64,000 nt of DNA from an uncultured delta proteobacterium (GCA_963712115.1 CAVQGX010000033.1:64001-128000), one strand, 5' to 3'. Shown: positions 41,603 through 51,654, numbered from the stretch's first letter. Translations and numbers: made by a program. Notes: generated from the sequence alone by a model not told the origin.

Positions 41603-42214
41603 TACTCCAGGCGATGATAATTTCCATACACGGTTTATCCGAGTTGCTTGGTAGGTGAGCCGGGCACCTCGAATATTGATCTGAGCCGCTTTCGGGTTGA
41701 AGTTCTTGCTGATGGCTTTTTCCAGACTCTCCATGTTGACAAGGCTGCTAGCCCTGGAAAAAGCCCCAAGCAGAGAAGTATTGATCATTACTGTCCCCGC
41801 AACCACCAAGCCGACCTCTTCAGCAATTGAGTTGGCATCGGAGGTTGCCACCGCAATGTCCATATCAGTGCAGAACTTTTCGGGGGGATTACTGGAGTTC
41901 AAGATAAGGAGTCCATCCGGTTTCAGACCCCCTAGTACATCCACCGCTTGCATTAACCTTTCATCCAAAACCACCACTACTTCAGCTTTAGCCGTTGGGG
42001 TCAGCGTACGAATGGGTGTTCTCGAAAACCTTGTCGTAGCGGTAATTGGCGCCCCCCTTCGCTCAACACCAAAAAAAGGTGCTGCAGTAACCCCTTTATA
42101 CCCATCAATGTACGCCGCCTCAGCAAGTATCATTGCTGCGGTTACGGCTCCCTGACCGCCTCGGCCGTGCCAGGTGACATTGATGATCGCCTGATCTCTA
42201 ACGTTTAGGTCCAT
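41600..42214 (-). CDS. porC: 2-oxoacid:ferredoxin oxidoreductase gamma subunit
   Basis: HGRGGQGAVTA, FGVERRGAP, NTSLLGA. Confidence 0.88.
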   Translation of the reverse strand: MDLNVRDQAIINVTWHGRGGQGAVTAAMILAEAAYIDGYKGVTAAPFFGVERRGAPITATTRFSRTPIRTLTPTAKAEVVVVLDERLMQAVDVLGGLKPDGLLILNSSNPPEKFCTDMDIAVATSDANSIAEEVGLVVAGTVMINTSLLGAFSRASSLVNMESLEKAISKNFNPKAAQINIRGARLTYQATRINRVWKLSSPGV

Positions 42215-42332
42215 AGTCGGGCTTTTTTCCTTGGAAGCGTTTTGGCTTGGGGTTTCTCCTTGCCGGCGACTAATTTCTGGGATAGTCTTTCCCGGTATAA
42301 GAATAACCTAGTCGTTTTTGTGCTAGAGAGCA

Positions 42333-42743
42333 TTGAACATGCCGAAAAACCTGATAGAGACAATTACTCTGCCGAACGGTTTGATTTTGGAACTCTGGGA
42401 CAAGTCTAGACCAATGGCTGGCGACAGGTGGCTCATCTCCCTTCTGGCCAAAGTGGAAGTCCCTGTCTTATCAGAATACTTCTCCACCCTGGACAACGGC
42501 GAACAAGCTTACCGGGATCTACTCGCTGCTTACGGTGACCCCCTGGTTTTCATCCAGGAAAAAAATAGACATTTCGTGGATGAAAAGGACACCAAAGACG
42601 TGCTCGCAGGACTCTGTCAGCGGTTTAAGGATAATCTGCTTTCCTACCTTGGCAACCCCAGATTTGCTTTGCTCTATGTAATGAAAAAATATGGCGACCT
42701 ACAAGATCGCCAATATTCTAGTGCCGAAGACCCCCAGAAATGA
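42333..42743 (+). CDS. hypothetical protein
   Basis: 136-aa ORF with protein-like composition filling the gap. Confidence 0.6.
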   Translation: MNMPKNLIETITLPNGLILELWDKSRPMAGDRWLISLLAKVEVPVLSEYFSTLDNGEQAYRDLLAAYGDPLVFIQEKNRHFVDEKDTKDVLAGLCQRFKDNLLSYLGNPRFALLYVMKKYGDLQDRQYSSAEDPQK

Positions 42744-42822
42744 TGCACTCCTGCCCTAGAGGCAGAAGCGGAATTTTACTGACTGTTTCTAAGTTAACAT
42801 TCCTCGGCCAAGGATTGTAATT

Positions 42823-43014
42823 TTAGGCTGCCGGTCGATAACGTCTCTGTCTTCTCTGAATTCTTTTGATTGCTTTCTTGCGTTTGATTCTTCTCCGTTC
42901 GCTTTTGCTCAGGTAGTAAGTGTGTCGCCGGAGTGCTGGTTGTACATTTTTCTGAAAATCTTTTCGGAGTTTTTTTATTTTCCTTTCCAGAGAATCTTTT
43001 TCAGAGCTGACCAT
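42823..43014 (-). CDS. rpsU: 30S ribosomal protein S21, divergent
   Basis: LRRHTYYLSKSERRRIKRKKA resembles the S21 YEKPS..R..K pattern. Confidence 0.7.
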   Translation of the reverse strand: MVSSEKDSLERKIKKLRKDFQKNVQPALRRHTYYLSKSERRRIKRKKAIKRIQRRQRRYRPAA

Positions 43015-43317
43015 CCACTGTTCACCTCTCTTTCAATAAGAAAAAGCCCTTTTAGAGGGCCAGCCGCAACTTATTTGAGAAATGAAACGTTTTCTAACCT
43101 CTTCATAATCCAGAAGGTCATCACCCAAAGAAAGTATACTGCTGTAGCCCTATAGAATTTTTTTTTCTAACATATCTTGAAAAGACTTGCAACCCCACAG
43201 ATTGATCTCGCAGAGCGCATAGAACAAAGCTTATGCGGCGAGACGGGCCCTTCGGCAGGCTCAGGGTAAACTCCCGTGAGGTCGAGCGAGACGAGGGACA
43301 GAGATTAATCAGATGCT

Positions 43318-44109
43318 CTATTCCTTCAGTGAACCTTTAAAGTCCGGCTTCCTTTTTTGTAAGAAAGCCCCAAAGCCTTCACTCGCATCCTCACTGGCAA
43401 AACAGAGGGCAAAAGCTTCCATCTCTAAAGCGCATGCGTTTCTTAAATCCAGGCTCATTCCCTGGTCAATAACGTGCTTGACCGCCCGAGTCGCCACTCT
43501 CCCTTTACTGGCGATAAGGGATGCCACCTTCCTGGTCTCCTCCATGAGCTTGTCAGGCGGAAACACCTTGTTCACCAACCCTATTTCCTTAGCCTCCTGA
43601 GCACTGATCATCACACCGGTCAAACAGAGTTCTTTGGCCAGGGCCCGCCCCACCAAACGAAGCAAGCGCTGAGTTCCACCAAAGCCGGGAATAATGCCTA
43701 GGTTGATTTCGGGCTGCCCAAGCTTTGCCGTTTCCGAGGCATAGATAAAATCGCATGCCAGGGCGATCTCGCACCCACCGCCAAGTGCAAACCCGTTTAC
43801 GCACGCGATTACAGGAATACTCAAATTCTCCAGGGCAAAGAGAACTTCCTGCCCCTTGACCGCGAAGTGCTTGGCAGAGACAGGATTCAGTTTCTGTAAT
43901 TCCTTTATATCAGCACCCGCAACGAAGGCCCGATCCCCCGCGCCCGTCAAGATAAGGGCCCTGACATCCTCATTGTCTTCAATCGTCCTTACGGCCTCAC
44001 CTACTTCGGTAAGGGTACCCATTTTCAATGCATTCAGCACCTCAGGCCGGTTAAAGGTTAAAGTGGCAATTCCCTCTTCTACTTCAAACAGGATATCCTC
44101 ATACGCCAT
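43318..44109 (-). CDS. enoyl-CoA hydratase (crotonase family)
   Basis: AFVAGADI, ALGGGCE, PEINLGIIPGFGGTQRL. Confidence 0.93.
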   Translation of the reverse strand: MAYEDILFEVEEGIATLTFNRPEVLNALKMGTLTEVGEAVRTIEDNEDVRALILTGAGDRAFVAGADIKELQKLNPVSAKHFAVKGQEVLFALENLSIPVIACVNGFALGGGCEIALACDFIYASETAKLGQPEINLGIIPGFGGTQRLLRLVGRALAKELCLTGVMISAQEAKEIGLVNKVFPPDKLMEETRKVASLIASKGRVATRAVKHVIDQGMSLDLRNACALEMEAFALCFASEDASEGFGAFLQKRKPDFKGSLKE

Positions 44110-44305
44110 ATTGCACCTCTCCTTTGCTAATCAAACAGACCATTACACATGCGTTATCGGCTGAGTCCATAAAAATTGAAATCCTTCTCCATGTCAAGAA
44201 AAAGCCTCCACAAATAAAAAACCACCACTTTTTCTCTTTCCACCGCCTCAACCCAGGATAATCAAGCTAACAATATGGATTCTGCACCACAATAATTTTT
44301 AGAAA

Positions 44306-44373
44306 TTACCCAAAACCGGTTTGACCACAAATGAGTAATTTTACCCAAAAGTGGTCAGACCAGAAATGGGTAA
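44306..44373. promoter_or_regulatory. two tandem TTACCCA-N19-TG(A/G)GTAA units forming a 68-bp imperfect palindrome
   Basis: units at 44306-44338 and 44341-44373; third unit at 46208-46240. Confidence 0.55.
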
Positions 44374-44589
44374 AAATTGTTTTAAGGTAATGTTTTGTGC
44401 CGAACAAAATCACAGCCAAAGTTTAGATTAAGGGATGATATCTGAAATCTCTGACTGACCGAGGTTAGTCTAGATTTCTCGTCATTAAACGTAACCACCT
44501 TAGGGCATATTTGAACCGATCCAATTTAATAGTTCCTTGGTGTTGTAAGATTGGCGTTTCAAGTTTCCACAATTGTTCTATACCGCCCG

Positions 44590-45684
44590 TTAACATTGAC
44601 CTATGCATTCACTGGGCTCTGGCTCCGAGTTTATATGGCGACTGAGCTGCTTGTGGGCCGATAGGAATAGTTTTTCTGTCTCTGCCCAGGCGATGCAGGC
44701 ATCGGTAATGGAGACACCGTATTTCATGTTAGACAAGTCGCCGGTATTTCTCTGCTTGCCGTCATTCAGGTTGCTTTCCAGCATCAGGCCGATCAAAGAG
44801 TCATTTCCTGCGATGCGCTGATTGATCACATCTTGCCAGGCAATCGCCTGATTTCGATGATCTTTTCTTGAATTAGCATGAGAGCAGTCGACCATAATCG
44901 CTTCGGTCAACTTCCTTTCTCGTAAAAGCGTCAGCGCTTCTCCGATGCTGACCGAATCATAATTGGGCCGGCTGCCGCCACGCATCACCACATGAGTCCA
45001 GGGATTGCCGCTTGTTTTAACGATACTGGTCAGGCCATTATGATCGATGCCCAAGAAACTTTGCGGCGACCCGGCGGCTATCACGGCGTTTACGGCCATG
45101 GTTAAATCGCCGTCGGTGCTGTTCTTGAATCCAACCGGCATGGAAAGGCCGCTGGCCATTTCACGGTGTGTCTGCGATTCGGTCGTTCGAGCTCCGATGG
45201 CGGCCCAGCAGATTAGATCCGCGATGTACTGAGGCGTGATCGGATCGAGCATTTCCGTAGCCGCTGGCAGACCCATCTCAGTGATTTGCAAAAGCAGTTT
45301 GCGAGCAATCCTAAGGCCCGCTTCCATATCGCAGGAGCCGTCCAGTCCCGGATCGTTAATAAGTCCCTTCCAGCCCACAGTGGTGCGGGGCTTTTCGAAA
45401 TATACCCGCATTACCACATAAAGCGTCTCGGCGACCTGTCGCCGCAAATGGTTTAACTTCTCAGCATACTCCATGGCCGCCTTCACTTCATGAATAGAGC
45501 AGGGTCCGACAATAACCAGAATGCGTTTGTCCTTCTTGCTCAAGATGTTCTCGATGGTTTCTCGACCTGTAAGAATCGTTTCAGTGGCCTTGCGAGTCAT
45601 CGGCAACTCTTCTTTAAGGGCTGCCGGAGAGGCTAGCTGGATGAATTCTTCAACGTGAATATCATACGTTTTCTTCAATGCCAT
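44590..45684 (-). CDS. 3-deoxy-7-phosphoheptulonate (DAHP) synthase, class I alpha (AroF/G/H type)
   Basis: GPCSIH, KPRTTVGWKGL, IGARTTESQTHR, DCSHANS; GGAGG RBS. Confidence 0.95.
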   Translation of the reverse strand: MALKKTYDIHVEEFIQLASPAALKEELPMTRKATETILTGRETIENILSKKDKRILVIVGPCSIHEVKAAMEYAEKLNHLRRQVAETLYVVMRVYFEKPRTTVGWKGLINDPGLDGSCDMEAGLRIARKLLLQITEMGLPAATEMLDPITPQYIADLICWAAIGARTTESQTHREMASGLSMPVGFKNSTDGDLTMAVNAVIAAGSPQSFLGIDHNGLTSIVKTSGNPWTHVVMRGGSRPNYDSVSIGEALTLLRERKLTEAIMVDCSHANSRKDHRNQAIAWQDVINQRIAGNDSLIGLMLESNLNDGKQRNTGDLSNMKYGVSITDACIAWAETEKLFLSAHKQLSRHINSEPEPSECIGQC

Positions 45685-45700
45685 ATCTCTGCCTCCTTTA

Positions 45701-45784
45701 ACAAAACAAAAAGACCGAAGGGATTTCATCCCGCGGCCTTTTTGCAAAGAGAAAAGCCGCGGGCTTTTGTCTGCCTGCGGCTTT
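45701..45784 (-). terminator. tandem terminator hairpins of the DAHP synthase leader
   Basis: minus strand AAAGCCGCAGGC-loop-GCCCGCGGCTTTTCTCTTT, then AAAAGGCCGCGGGAT-GAA-ATCCCTTCGGTCTTTTTGTTTT. Confidence 0.75.
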
Positions 45785-45807
45785 GTGTTTGCTACAAATG
45801 TTATAAC

Positions 45808-45891
45808 TCAGCGCACCTCAAGCAGACTTATGGCACAGTAATAGAAATAATACTTACACTGAAAAAGTATGCCCGTAGATGCTTTACCCAC
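45808..45891 (-). CDS. attenuator leader peptide MGKASTGILFQCKYYFYYCAISLLEVR
   Basis: GAGGG RBS, GTG start, YYFYY codon run, upstream of the terminator and DAHP synthase. Confidence 0.75.
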   Translation of the reverse strand: MGKASTGILFQCKYYFYYCAISLLEVR

Positions 45892-46207
45892 CGATATTTC
45901 CCTCACTGAATTTTTCCTAATATAAAGCTAGCGGACCCCTTTAATCATGTCAAGGGATTTCTCTTACCCTCTCGGTGGAACTCAACATACTTTAAACCAC
46001 ACTTTTCCTCTTAAGATCCAGCTACCATATCTGGTATTGAATGATTAGAGGTATTAGCCACGCCTGCCGACAGTGAGGCTATTCACTTACCCAAGAACAC
46101 TGGCAGAGCATCGGCTGCGCTTTTCTCTTGCCAACTCTTTATTCGAATTAGAGTCCCTCAGCAATTTTCAACCTAAGCCAATCAATTCTAGCCCGGCTGG
46201 GGAATTT

Positions 46208-46240
46208 TTACCCAAAAAATACCGGGTATAAAATGGGTAA
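46208..46240. promoter_or_regulatory. TTACCCA-N19-TGGGTAA unit
   Basis: same half-sites and spacing as 44306-44373. Confidence 0.5.
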
Positions 46241-46467
46241 AAAGGATGTAGCACTGGTGTGGGCTTTTCAGCTGATTGACTGGCCCTTGCCCCTGTGCTA
46301 GTAAATGAGGCCACGTCATGATGCTATTGCACAAATTAACTTCCAATAGTTCGAAACTGTTTGCTATCTCCCGCTAGCTTTTGTATCAATGGACTACAAC
46401 CACCCAAAGCTTAACTGGCGGCTTGCAACCACTCCCTAGCTTGTTGACCAGATAGAGGACTCTAAAA

Positions 46468-47499
46468 ATGATTGATCTTCGCAGCGATACGGTGACAAAA
46501 CCTACTGAGGCAATGAGGAAGGCCATGGCCACGGCCGAGGTGGGAGACGACGTTCTGGGTGAGGATCCTACGGTAAACCAACTGCAGGACAGAATAGCCT
46601 CAATCTTGGGCAAGGAGGCTGGTCTTTTTGTGCCCTCCGGCACCATGGCAAACCAGGTGGCTATTAAAACCCACATTCAACCTGGGGATGAGATCATAAT
46701 CGATCAGAATGCTCATATCTTCTATTATGAGTGTGGCGCAGCGGCAGTTATCTCCGGTGGCCAATTTCACTGTTTGAGAGGAGAAAAGGGTATTCTCTCA
46801 GCTGAAATTATAGACGCTGCCATTCGTCCGGAGGACATCCACCAGCCACCCACCCGCCTCATCTGCCTGGAGAACAGCCACAATCGCGGTGGGGGAAGTA
46901 TCTATACTTTAGAGAACCTGGCCGGTATTGCCCAGCTTGCCGCCAAGCACAACATCAGAGTCCACTTAGATGGTGCCCGACTGTTCAACTCCGCTCTAGC
47001 AGCCAAGACCACAGTAAAAGAACTCGCCCGCCAGACGGATTCTGTCTGTGTCGCTTTTTCCAAAGGTTTGGGGGCACCAGCCGGCTCGGTTATTTGCGGT
47101 TCGGCGGAATTCATCGAAAAAGCCATCCGCTTCCGAAAAATGCTTGGAGGTGGGATGCGGCAGGTTGGTATCCTGGCAGCCGCTTGTCTTTATGCCCTAG
47201 ATAACAATGTGGAACGTCTGGAGGTGGATCACCAAAACGCCAAGAAACTGGCCCATGGACTCTCCGAGATTGATGGAATTAAAATTGATCCTGCACAAGT
47301 GGTGACCAACATCGTCCTCTTCGATGTGGGTTCCACTCCTATGGATGCAGATACTTTCGCAGAAAGGTTGGCCCCCGCGGGCGTTCTTCTTATTCCATTC
47401 GGTCCCACAACCCTTCGGGCCGTAACTCATCTGGACGTCACCACTGCAGAGATTGACGAAGCCTTGGAGATCATTCACAAATTCCTGAAAAAGGTTTAG
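46468..47499 (+). CDS. ltaE: low-specificity L-threonine aldolase
   Basis: [34 protein letters not shown]. Confidence 0.94.
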   Translation: MIDLRSDTVTKPTEAMRKAMATAEVGDDVLGEDPTVNQLQDRIASILGKEAGLFVPSGTMANQVAIKTHIQPGDEIIIDQNAHIFYYECGAAAVISGGQFHCLRGEKGILSAEIIDAAIRPEDIHQPPTRLICLENSHNRGGGSIYTLENLAGIAQLAAKHNIRVHLDGARLFNSALAAKTTVKELARQTDSVCVAFSKGLGAPAGSVICGSAEFIEKAIRFRKMLGGGMRQVGILAAACLYALDNNVERLEVDHQNAKKLAHGLSEIDGIKIDPAQVVTNIVLFDVGSTPMDADTFAERLAPAGVLLIPFGPTTLRAVTHLDVTTAEIDEALEIIHKFLKKV

Positions 47500-47557
47500 C
47501 CGGTTTGGCCAGATAAGTGGCAAACTGGTCAAACAGGCCAAACTAGCGGAGTCCTCA

Positions 47558-48343
47558 ATGCAGCGAATAGTGACTTTGCTGACTGACTTTGGAACCCGAG
47601 ATCACTATGTGGCTGCGGTCAAGGGGGTACTGTTGAATATCAACCCCGGCCTCTATTTGGTTGACATCACCCACGAAATAAGACCTCAAAACATTAGAGA
47701 AGGAGCCTTTGTACTCGGTTCAACCTTCAAGTATTTTCCAGAGGGCACAATACATCTGGCAGTAGTCGACCCCGGGGTGGGGGGCAAACGTCAAGGCTTG
47801 GCCGCTGCTAGTGAACGACACCTCTTTGTCGGCCCAGACAACGGTCTCTTCGACTGGGCTTTTTCTCTTGAGCCACCCCGTCAGGTAGTGGCCTTGGAAG
47901 ACCCTGCTTATCGGTTGCCTCAGCCAAGTTCCGTATTTCACGGCCGTGACATCTTCGCCCCAGCAGCCGGACATCTATCCACTGGGTTAACCTTGGAAAA
48001 ACTGGGACCACCACTCGACTACCGAATGCGTCTGCCAGGTCGACTAGTCTTCCAAGAACAGAAGGAACTCCAAGGCGAAATCATCTACATAGATCATTTT
48101 GGCAACCTTATTTCTAATATTGAAATCCCCCCTTCGGCGGGCGGGAGACAACTGCAAGGTCTGCAAGTTTACCTTGGCACCGTAGAACTGTCAGTCGGCC
48201 CCAGCACATATGAGGAAGGGCCACCGTTGCAACCTTTTGCCCTAATAGGAAGCAGCAGCCTGTTAGAGGTCTCGGTGCCCAACGGCAGCGCCCATGAAGT
48301 AACCGGTTGCTCCGTAGGTACTTCGGTCCTGGTTCGGAGGTAA
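47558..48343 (+). CDS. SAM hydroxide adenosyltransferase / DUF62 (chlorinase-fluorinase superfamily)
   Basis: TLLTDFG, VVDPGVG, GPDNG, FHGRDIFAP, IDHFGN. Confidence 0.9.
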   Translation: MQRIVTLLTDFGTRDHYVAAVKGVLLNINPGLYLVDITHEIRPQNIREGAFVLGSTFKYFPEGTIHLAVVDPGVGGKRQGLAAASERHLFVGPDNGLFDWAFSLEPPRQVVALEDPAYRLPQPSSVFHGRDIFAPAAGHLSTGLTLEKLGPPLDYRMRLPGRLVFQEQKELQGEIIYIDHFGNLISNIEIPPSAGGRQLQGLQVYLGTVELSVGPSTYEEGPPLQPFALIGSSSLLEVSVPNGSAHEVTGCSVGTSVLVRR

Positions 48344-48347
48344 GCGC

Positions 48348-49052
48348 ATGGAGAAAAATCGGCTTATTGAGGAACTGAAGCAGGCGGATTTGTTTTCGAG
48401 ACTTGAAACCGATGAACTGGACGACCTTGTGGCAATAGCACGGGCCCGGCGGTTAGACAGCGGCAACATACTTTTCTCTGCCGGTGATCGAGCAAAGGGG
48501 TTCTATGTCCTCTTCGAGGGAAAGATAAAACTTTACAAGATTTCTCCCGATGGGAAGGAATACATCCTGCGCGTAGTAGGCGGCGGCCAAACATTTGCGG
48601 AGGCTGCCGCTTTTTCTGGTCTCGCCTACCCGGTGTTCGCGGAAAGCATGAGTCGATGTCGACTGGTGTACTTTGACGCCGGTGATTTCCGCAACCTCAT
48701 CCAGAAAAGTCCTCAACTGGCCCTCAATATGATAGCCACCATGGCTTTACTTCTACAATCCCTCAACCAGAAGATCGAAGATCTTTCCCTGCGCGAGGTG
48801 GCTGCCCGACTTTGTCGCCATTTGTTAGTACGGGCCAGGCGGCAGCAGGGTGAAGCGAAAGACGGGACGACTTTCCAACTTGAAACCAGCAAGAGTGCCC
48901 TGGCGGCAAGCCTTGGGACCATAAGCGAGACTCTCTCCCGCACCTTTAAAAAGCTCCAACAGCGCGGAATTGTGCAAGTGGATGGCGGCGCTGTAACCCT
49001 GCTCGACTGCAACCAGCTAGAGCAAATTGCCGACGGAGACATTAAGCTTTAG
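48348..49052 (+). CDS. Crp/Fnr family transcriptional regulator
   Basis: cNMP-binding fold and C-terminal HTH LGTISETLSR. Confidence 0.92.
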   Translation: MEKNRLIEELKQADLFSRLETDELDDLVAIARARRLDSGNILFSAGDRAKGFYVLFEGKIKLYKISPDGKEYILRVVGGGQTFAEAAAFSGLAYPVFAESMSRCRLVYFDAGDFRNLIQKSPQLALNMIATMALLLQSLNQKIEDLSLREVAARLCRHLLVRARRQQGEAKDGTTFQLETSKSALAASLGTISETLSRTFKKLQQRGIVQVDGGAVTLLDCNQLEQIADGDIKL

Positions 49053-49166
49053 TGGGTGGTCCTTTACAACCATATTGATCGTGCTTAACTTTCAGTCTGC
49101 AAAAAAACAAGTTTCCAAGGTTCTAGTTATAAGCATTTGCCGGAAGCTTGCAAGTTGGAGGACACA

Positions 49167-49427
49167 ATGGCCGCAATCATGGAAAGATACAATATAGCGA
49201 TAGATGTAGTGCTACTGAATCCGATGCAATCAACTCCCTTTGCCCATGGTTTTCACCTGGCTAGCCAAACTCCGAGTCACTCGGAGTCTCAATCGCCGGA
49301 TCTCACCAGCACCTGGGAGAAGCATGAAAATACAAAGGCCGTTGATACTGATGAGGACCTTGAGCTTCATCAGTTAATGGAAGATGTTAAGCGCTATATT
49401 CGCAGTATTGATATAAGTAATTTGTAA
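49167..49427 (+). CDS. hypothetical protein
   Basis: GGAGG before the ATG at 49167. Confidence 0.45.
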   Translation: MAAIMERYNIAIDVVLLNPMQSTPFAHGFHLASQTPSHSESQSPDLTSTWEKHENTKAVDTDEDLELHQLMEDVKRYIRSIDISNL

Positions 49428-49482
49428 TTGAGAAAACCTCTCCAAGCCGGCGGGCAGCCTTTTCTGAGCCCTCCTCAGCTAG

Positions 49483-50373
49483 TTAACGGAGGGTATTTTT
49501 TTTGGCGTGAACAAAGTTTCCTTTTTTCTGTGTCAATGCATCTTGCAGTTGTCGGAGGACAAGTGGGCCATCTGTTGTGATCGGTCCAGTGCTCATCCCG
49601 CTCTGCTTAAGGAAAAAGCTGAGCTCGGCCATAATCGGCAGGGAAGCTGCCTCTCGCACATTGGGGTCAGTGGATTGGCAGAGTTCATCCGGCGAACCCG
49701 AAAAGATCACCTGTCCTCTCTCCATTACAGCCACTTTCTCCACCCAACCCAAAAATAACTCGAGCTCGTGAGCAATTATAAGCATAGTCCGATTGTGGTT
49801 GGCCCAGTCTTGTAAGAGCGAGATCAAGCGTTTTCGTTCTTTGGCGTTTAATCCCGCCAAGGGCTCATCGAGAATCAAAACTCGCGGTTCCAGGACCAGT
49901 AGGCTTGCCAAGGCGGCCTTTCGTTGTTGACCCGAGCTCAGAGATTTTGGCGAACGTTTGGCTAGTTCCTCAAGGGGAAAGGCAAGATCCTCGGCAATAC
50001 TGCTCAGGCGGTTGGCAATTTCCCCTCTGTCCATGCCCAAGCCCACTCGAAGTCCCCAGGTGAGCTCGTCCCAAACAGTGTTGGCAAAGAACTGACGTTC
50101 AGGGTATTGACATGCCAGTATGACCCGCTCCGTGGCAGGCGAGGGTCCACCGTTAGTAGCGTGGAGATCCACCCCATTTAATCTTATGGTTCCCTTTGTG
50201 GGCTTCACTAACCCGGCCAATATTCGTGCTAGAGTTGTCTTGCCGCTGCCGCTCGGCCCCGTCAGCAGAACAACCTCCCCTGGGGCCAACTTCAATTCGA
50301 CCCCGCTGAGCACCTGGCGACTGAAAGGGGTGTGAGCATAGAAATTGTGGCTTATATTTACTGCTTCCAGCAT
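49483..50373 (-). CDS. ecfA2: ECF transporter ATPase A2
   Basis: GPSGSGKT, QYPERQFF, LSSGQ, ILDEP. Confidence 0.85.
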   Translation of the reverse strand: MLEAVNISHNFYAHTPFSRQVLSGVELKLAPGEVVLLTGPSGSGKTTLARILAGLVKPTKGTIRLNGVDLHATNGGPSPATERVILACQYPERQFFANTVWDELTWGLRVGLGMDRGEIANRLSSIAEDLAFPLEELAKRSPKSLSSGQQRKAALASLLVLEPRVLILDEPLAGLNAKERKRLISLLQDWANHNRTMLIIAHELELFLGWVEKVAVMERGQVIFSGSPDELCQSTDPNVREAASLPIMAELSFFLKQSGMSTGPITTDGPLVLRQLQDALTQKKGNFVHAKKNTLR

Positions 50374-50376
50374 AAA

Positions 50377-50634
50377 TCAGTCCGTTACCTTGTAAACGAG
50401 ATCGTTCTCCCTAACTCGCTCTTTAACCTGGACACCAATCAGTTGACCCTTTACTGCCTTATCAATCGTTTGTTTCTCCTCCTGGATGCTTTTCACTTCT
50501 TGCTTGAAATCGGTTGTGTATCCCTTGAACCAGATCAGATCACCAACCTGCAACTCCCCTTCTGTGACCTCAATAGCCGCTACACTCGGTTTGGCAAAGT
50601 AATTCTTGACCACTCCCACCTTGATGTCAGCCAT
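50377..50634 (-). CDS. small beta-barrel protein (translation-factor domain II / U32 C-terminal-like)
   Basis: VGVVKNYFAKPSVAAI...GYTTDFKQ...VRENDLVYKV; GGAGG RBS. Confidence 0.75.
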   Translation of the reverse strand: MADIKVGVVKNYFAKPSVAAIEVTEGELQVGDLIWFKGYTTDFKQEVKSIQEEKQTIDKAVKGQLIGVQVKERVRENDLVYKVTD

Positions 50635-50744
50635 TAGCCTCACCTCCTTGCACATTTTAGATTGCAGATTGAAGATTGAAGATTACAAAATCTCAATGCT
50701 GCGACTGAGGTCAATCTAAAATCTCCAATCTTAAATCTTAAATC

Positions 50745-51587
50745 TCACGTGGCCTCATTATCTTTCCTGTGCTCTGAAGCTGTCAAGACCTCTAACAATT
50801 GTTCCAGGCTGGTAACTCCACCCGGCTCTGCTAGACCACTTCTGGTAAGCATCTCATCGAGCTGGACAATGGCCGGCAACTCCAGCCCCAGTCGCTCAAT
50901 AAGCTCCTCTTCCTGTAAGAAATAGTACGGGGAGCTATCAAAAACCACGCTGCCCCTTTCCAGGGCAATTAGCCTCTGGGCTACAACAGCCTCCTCCAGC
51001 AGGTGCGTGGTATGCAGCATAGTGCAGGATGCCTTTCGGTGGATGCTTTGCAGCAGGCTTAACATTTCCCTCCGGCTGCGGCCGCCAACCATTGAGAGGG
51101 GATCGTCTAGCAAGAGACAGCTCTTGCTCTGCGCTAAGGCGCCTGCAAGGATTAGCCGTTGCTGCTCACCTCCGGAGAGATGATGGCTGAAGTCCCTGGC
51201 CCGTTGCCAAAGACCAACCCATCTCAAAGCTTCCTCTACACGAATACTGATGACCTCTGGAGCCAAACCCATGTTTTCGAGAGCAAAGGCCACATCTTCG
51301 GCTACCACGGGCGAAACAATCTGATTCTCGGGGTTGGCAAAAACACAGGCAGCAAAATGGTTCAGTACCCCAGCAGGAAGAACAGTGGAGTTCACCCTAA
51401 TTTTCCCTGTTTGGGGCTGAAGAAGTCCCTTTATCAACTTCAGGAGGGTGGTCTTGCCGGCGCCTGACGGACCTACCACAGCAACCCATTCGCCAGCTGA
51501 GATTGTTAAACTGAAATCAGCAAAGAGAGGTTCTTCCTCACCAGCTCCGTAGGAAAAGGTGATGTTATCGAGTTCTATACTTCCCAT
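50745..51587 (-). CDS. ecfA1: ECF transporter ATPase A1
   Basis: GPSGAGKT, FANPENQ, EDVAFALEN, LSGGE. Confidence 0.85.
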   Translation of the reverse strand: MGSIELDNITFSYGAGEEEPLFADFSLTISAGEWVAVVGPSGAGKTTLLKLIKGLLQPQTGKIRVNSTVLPAGVLNHFAACVFANPENQIVSPVVAEDVAFALENMGLAPEVISIRVEEALRWVGLWQRARDFSHHLSGGEQQRLILAGALAQSKSCLLLDDPLSMVGGRSRREMLSLLQSIHRKASCTMLHTTHLLEEAVVAQRLIALERGSVVFDSSPYYFLQEEELIERLGLELPAIVQLDEMLTRSGLAEPGGVTSLEQLLEVLTASEHRKDNEAT

Positions 51588-51654
51588 GTGGCAAGAATAC
51601 CCGGATTTCTGGCAGATTCAAGCGATTTCATCTCAGGATGTGCCATTTTGTCTT

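Noticed and set aside
44306-44373. Mini-CRISPR
   Set aside because: Only two adjacent palindromic units with no unique spacer between them
47558-48343. Fluorinase/chlorinase
   Set aside because: The FHGRD motif and context fit the common DUF62 SAM hydrolase
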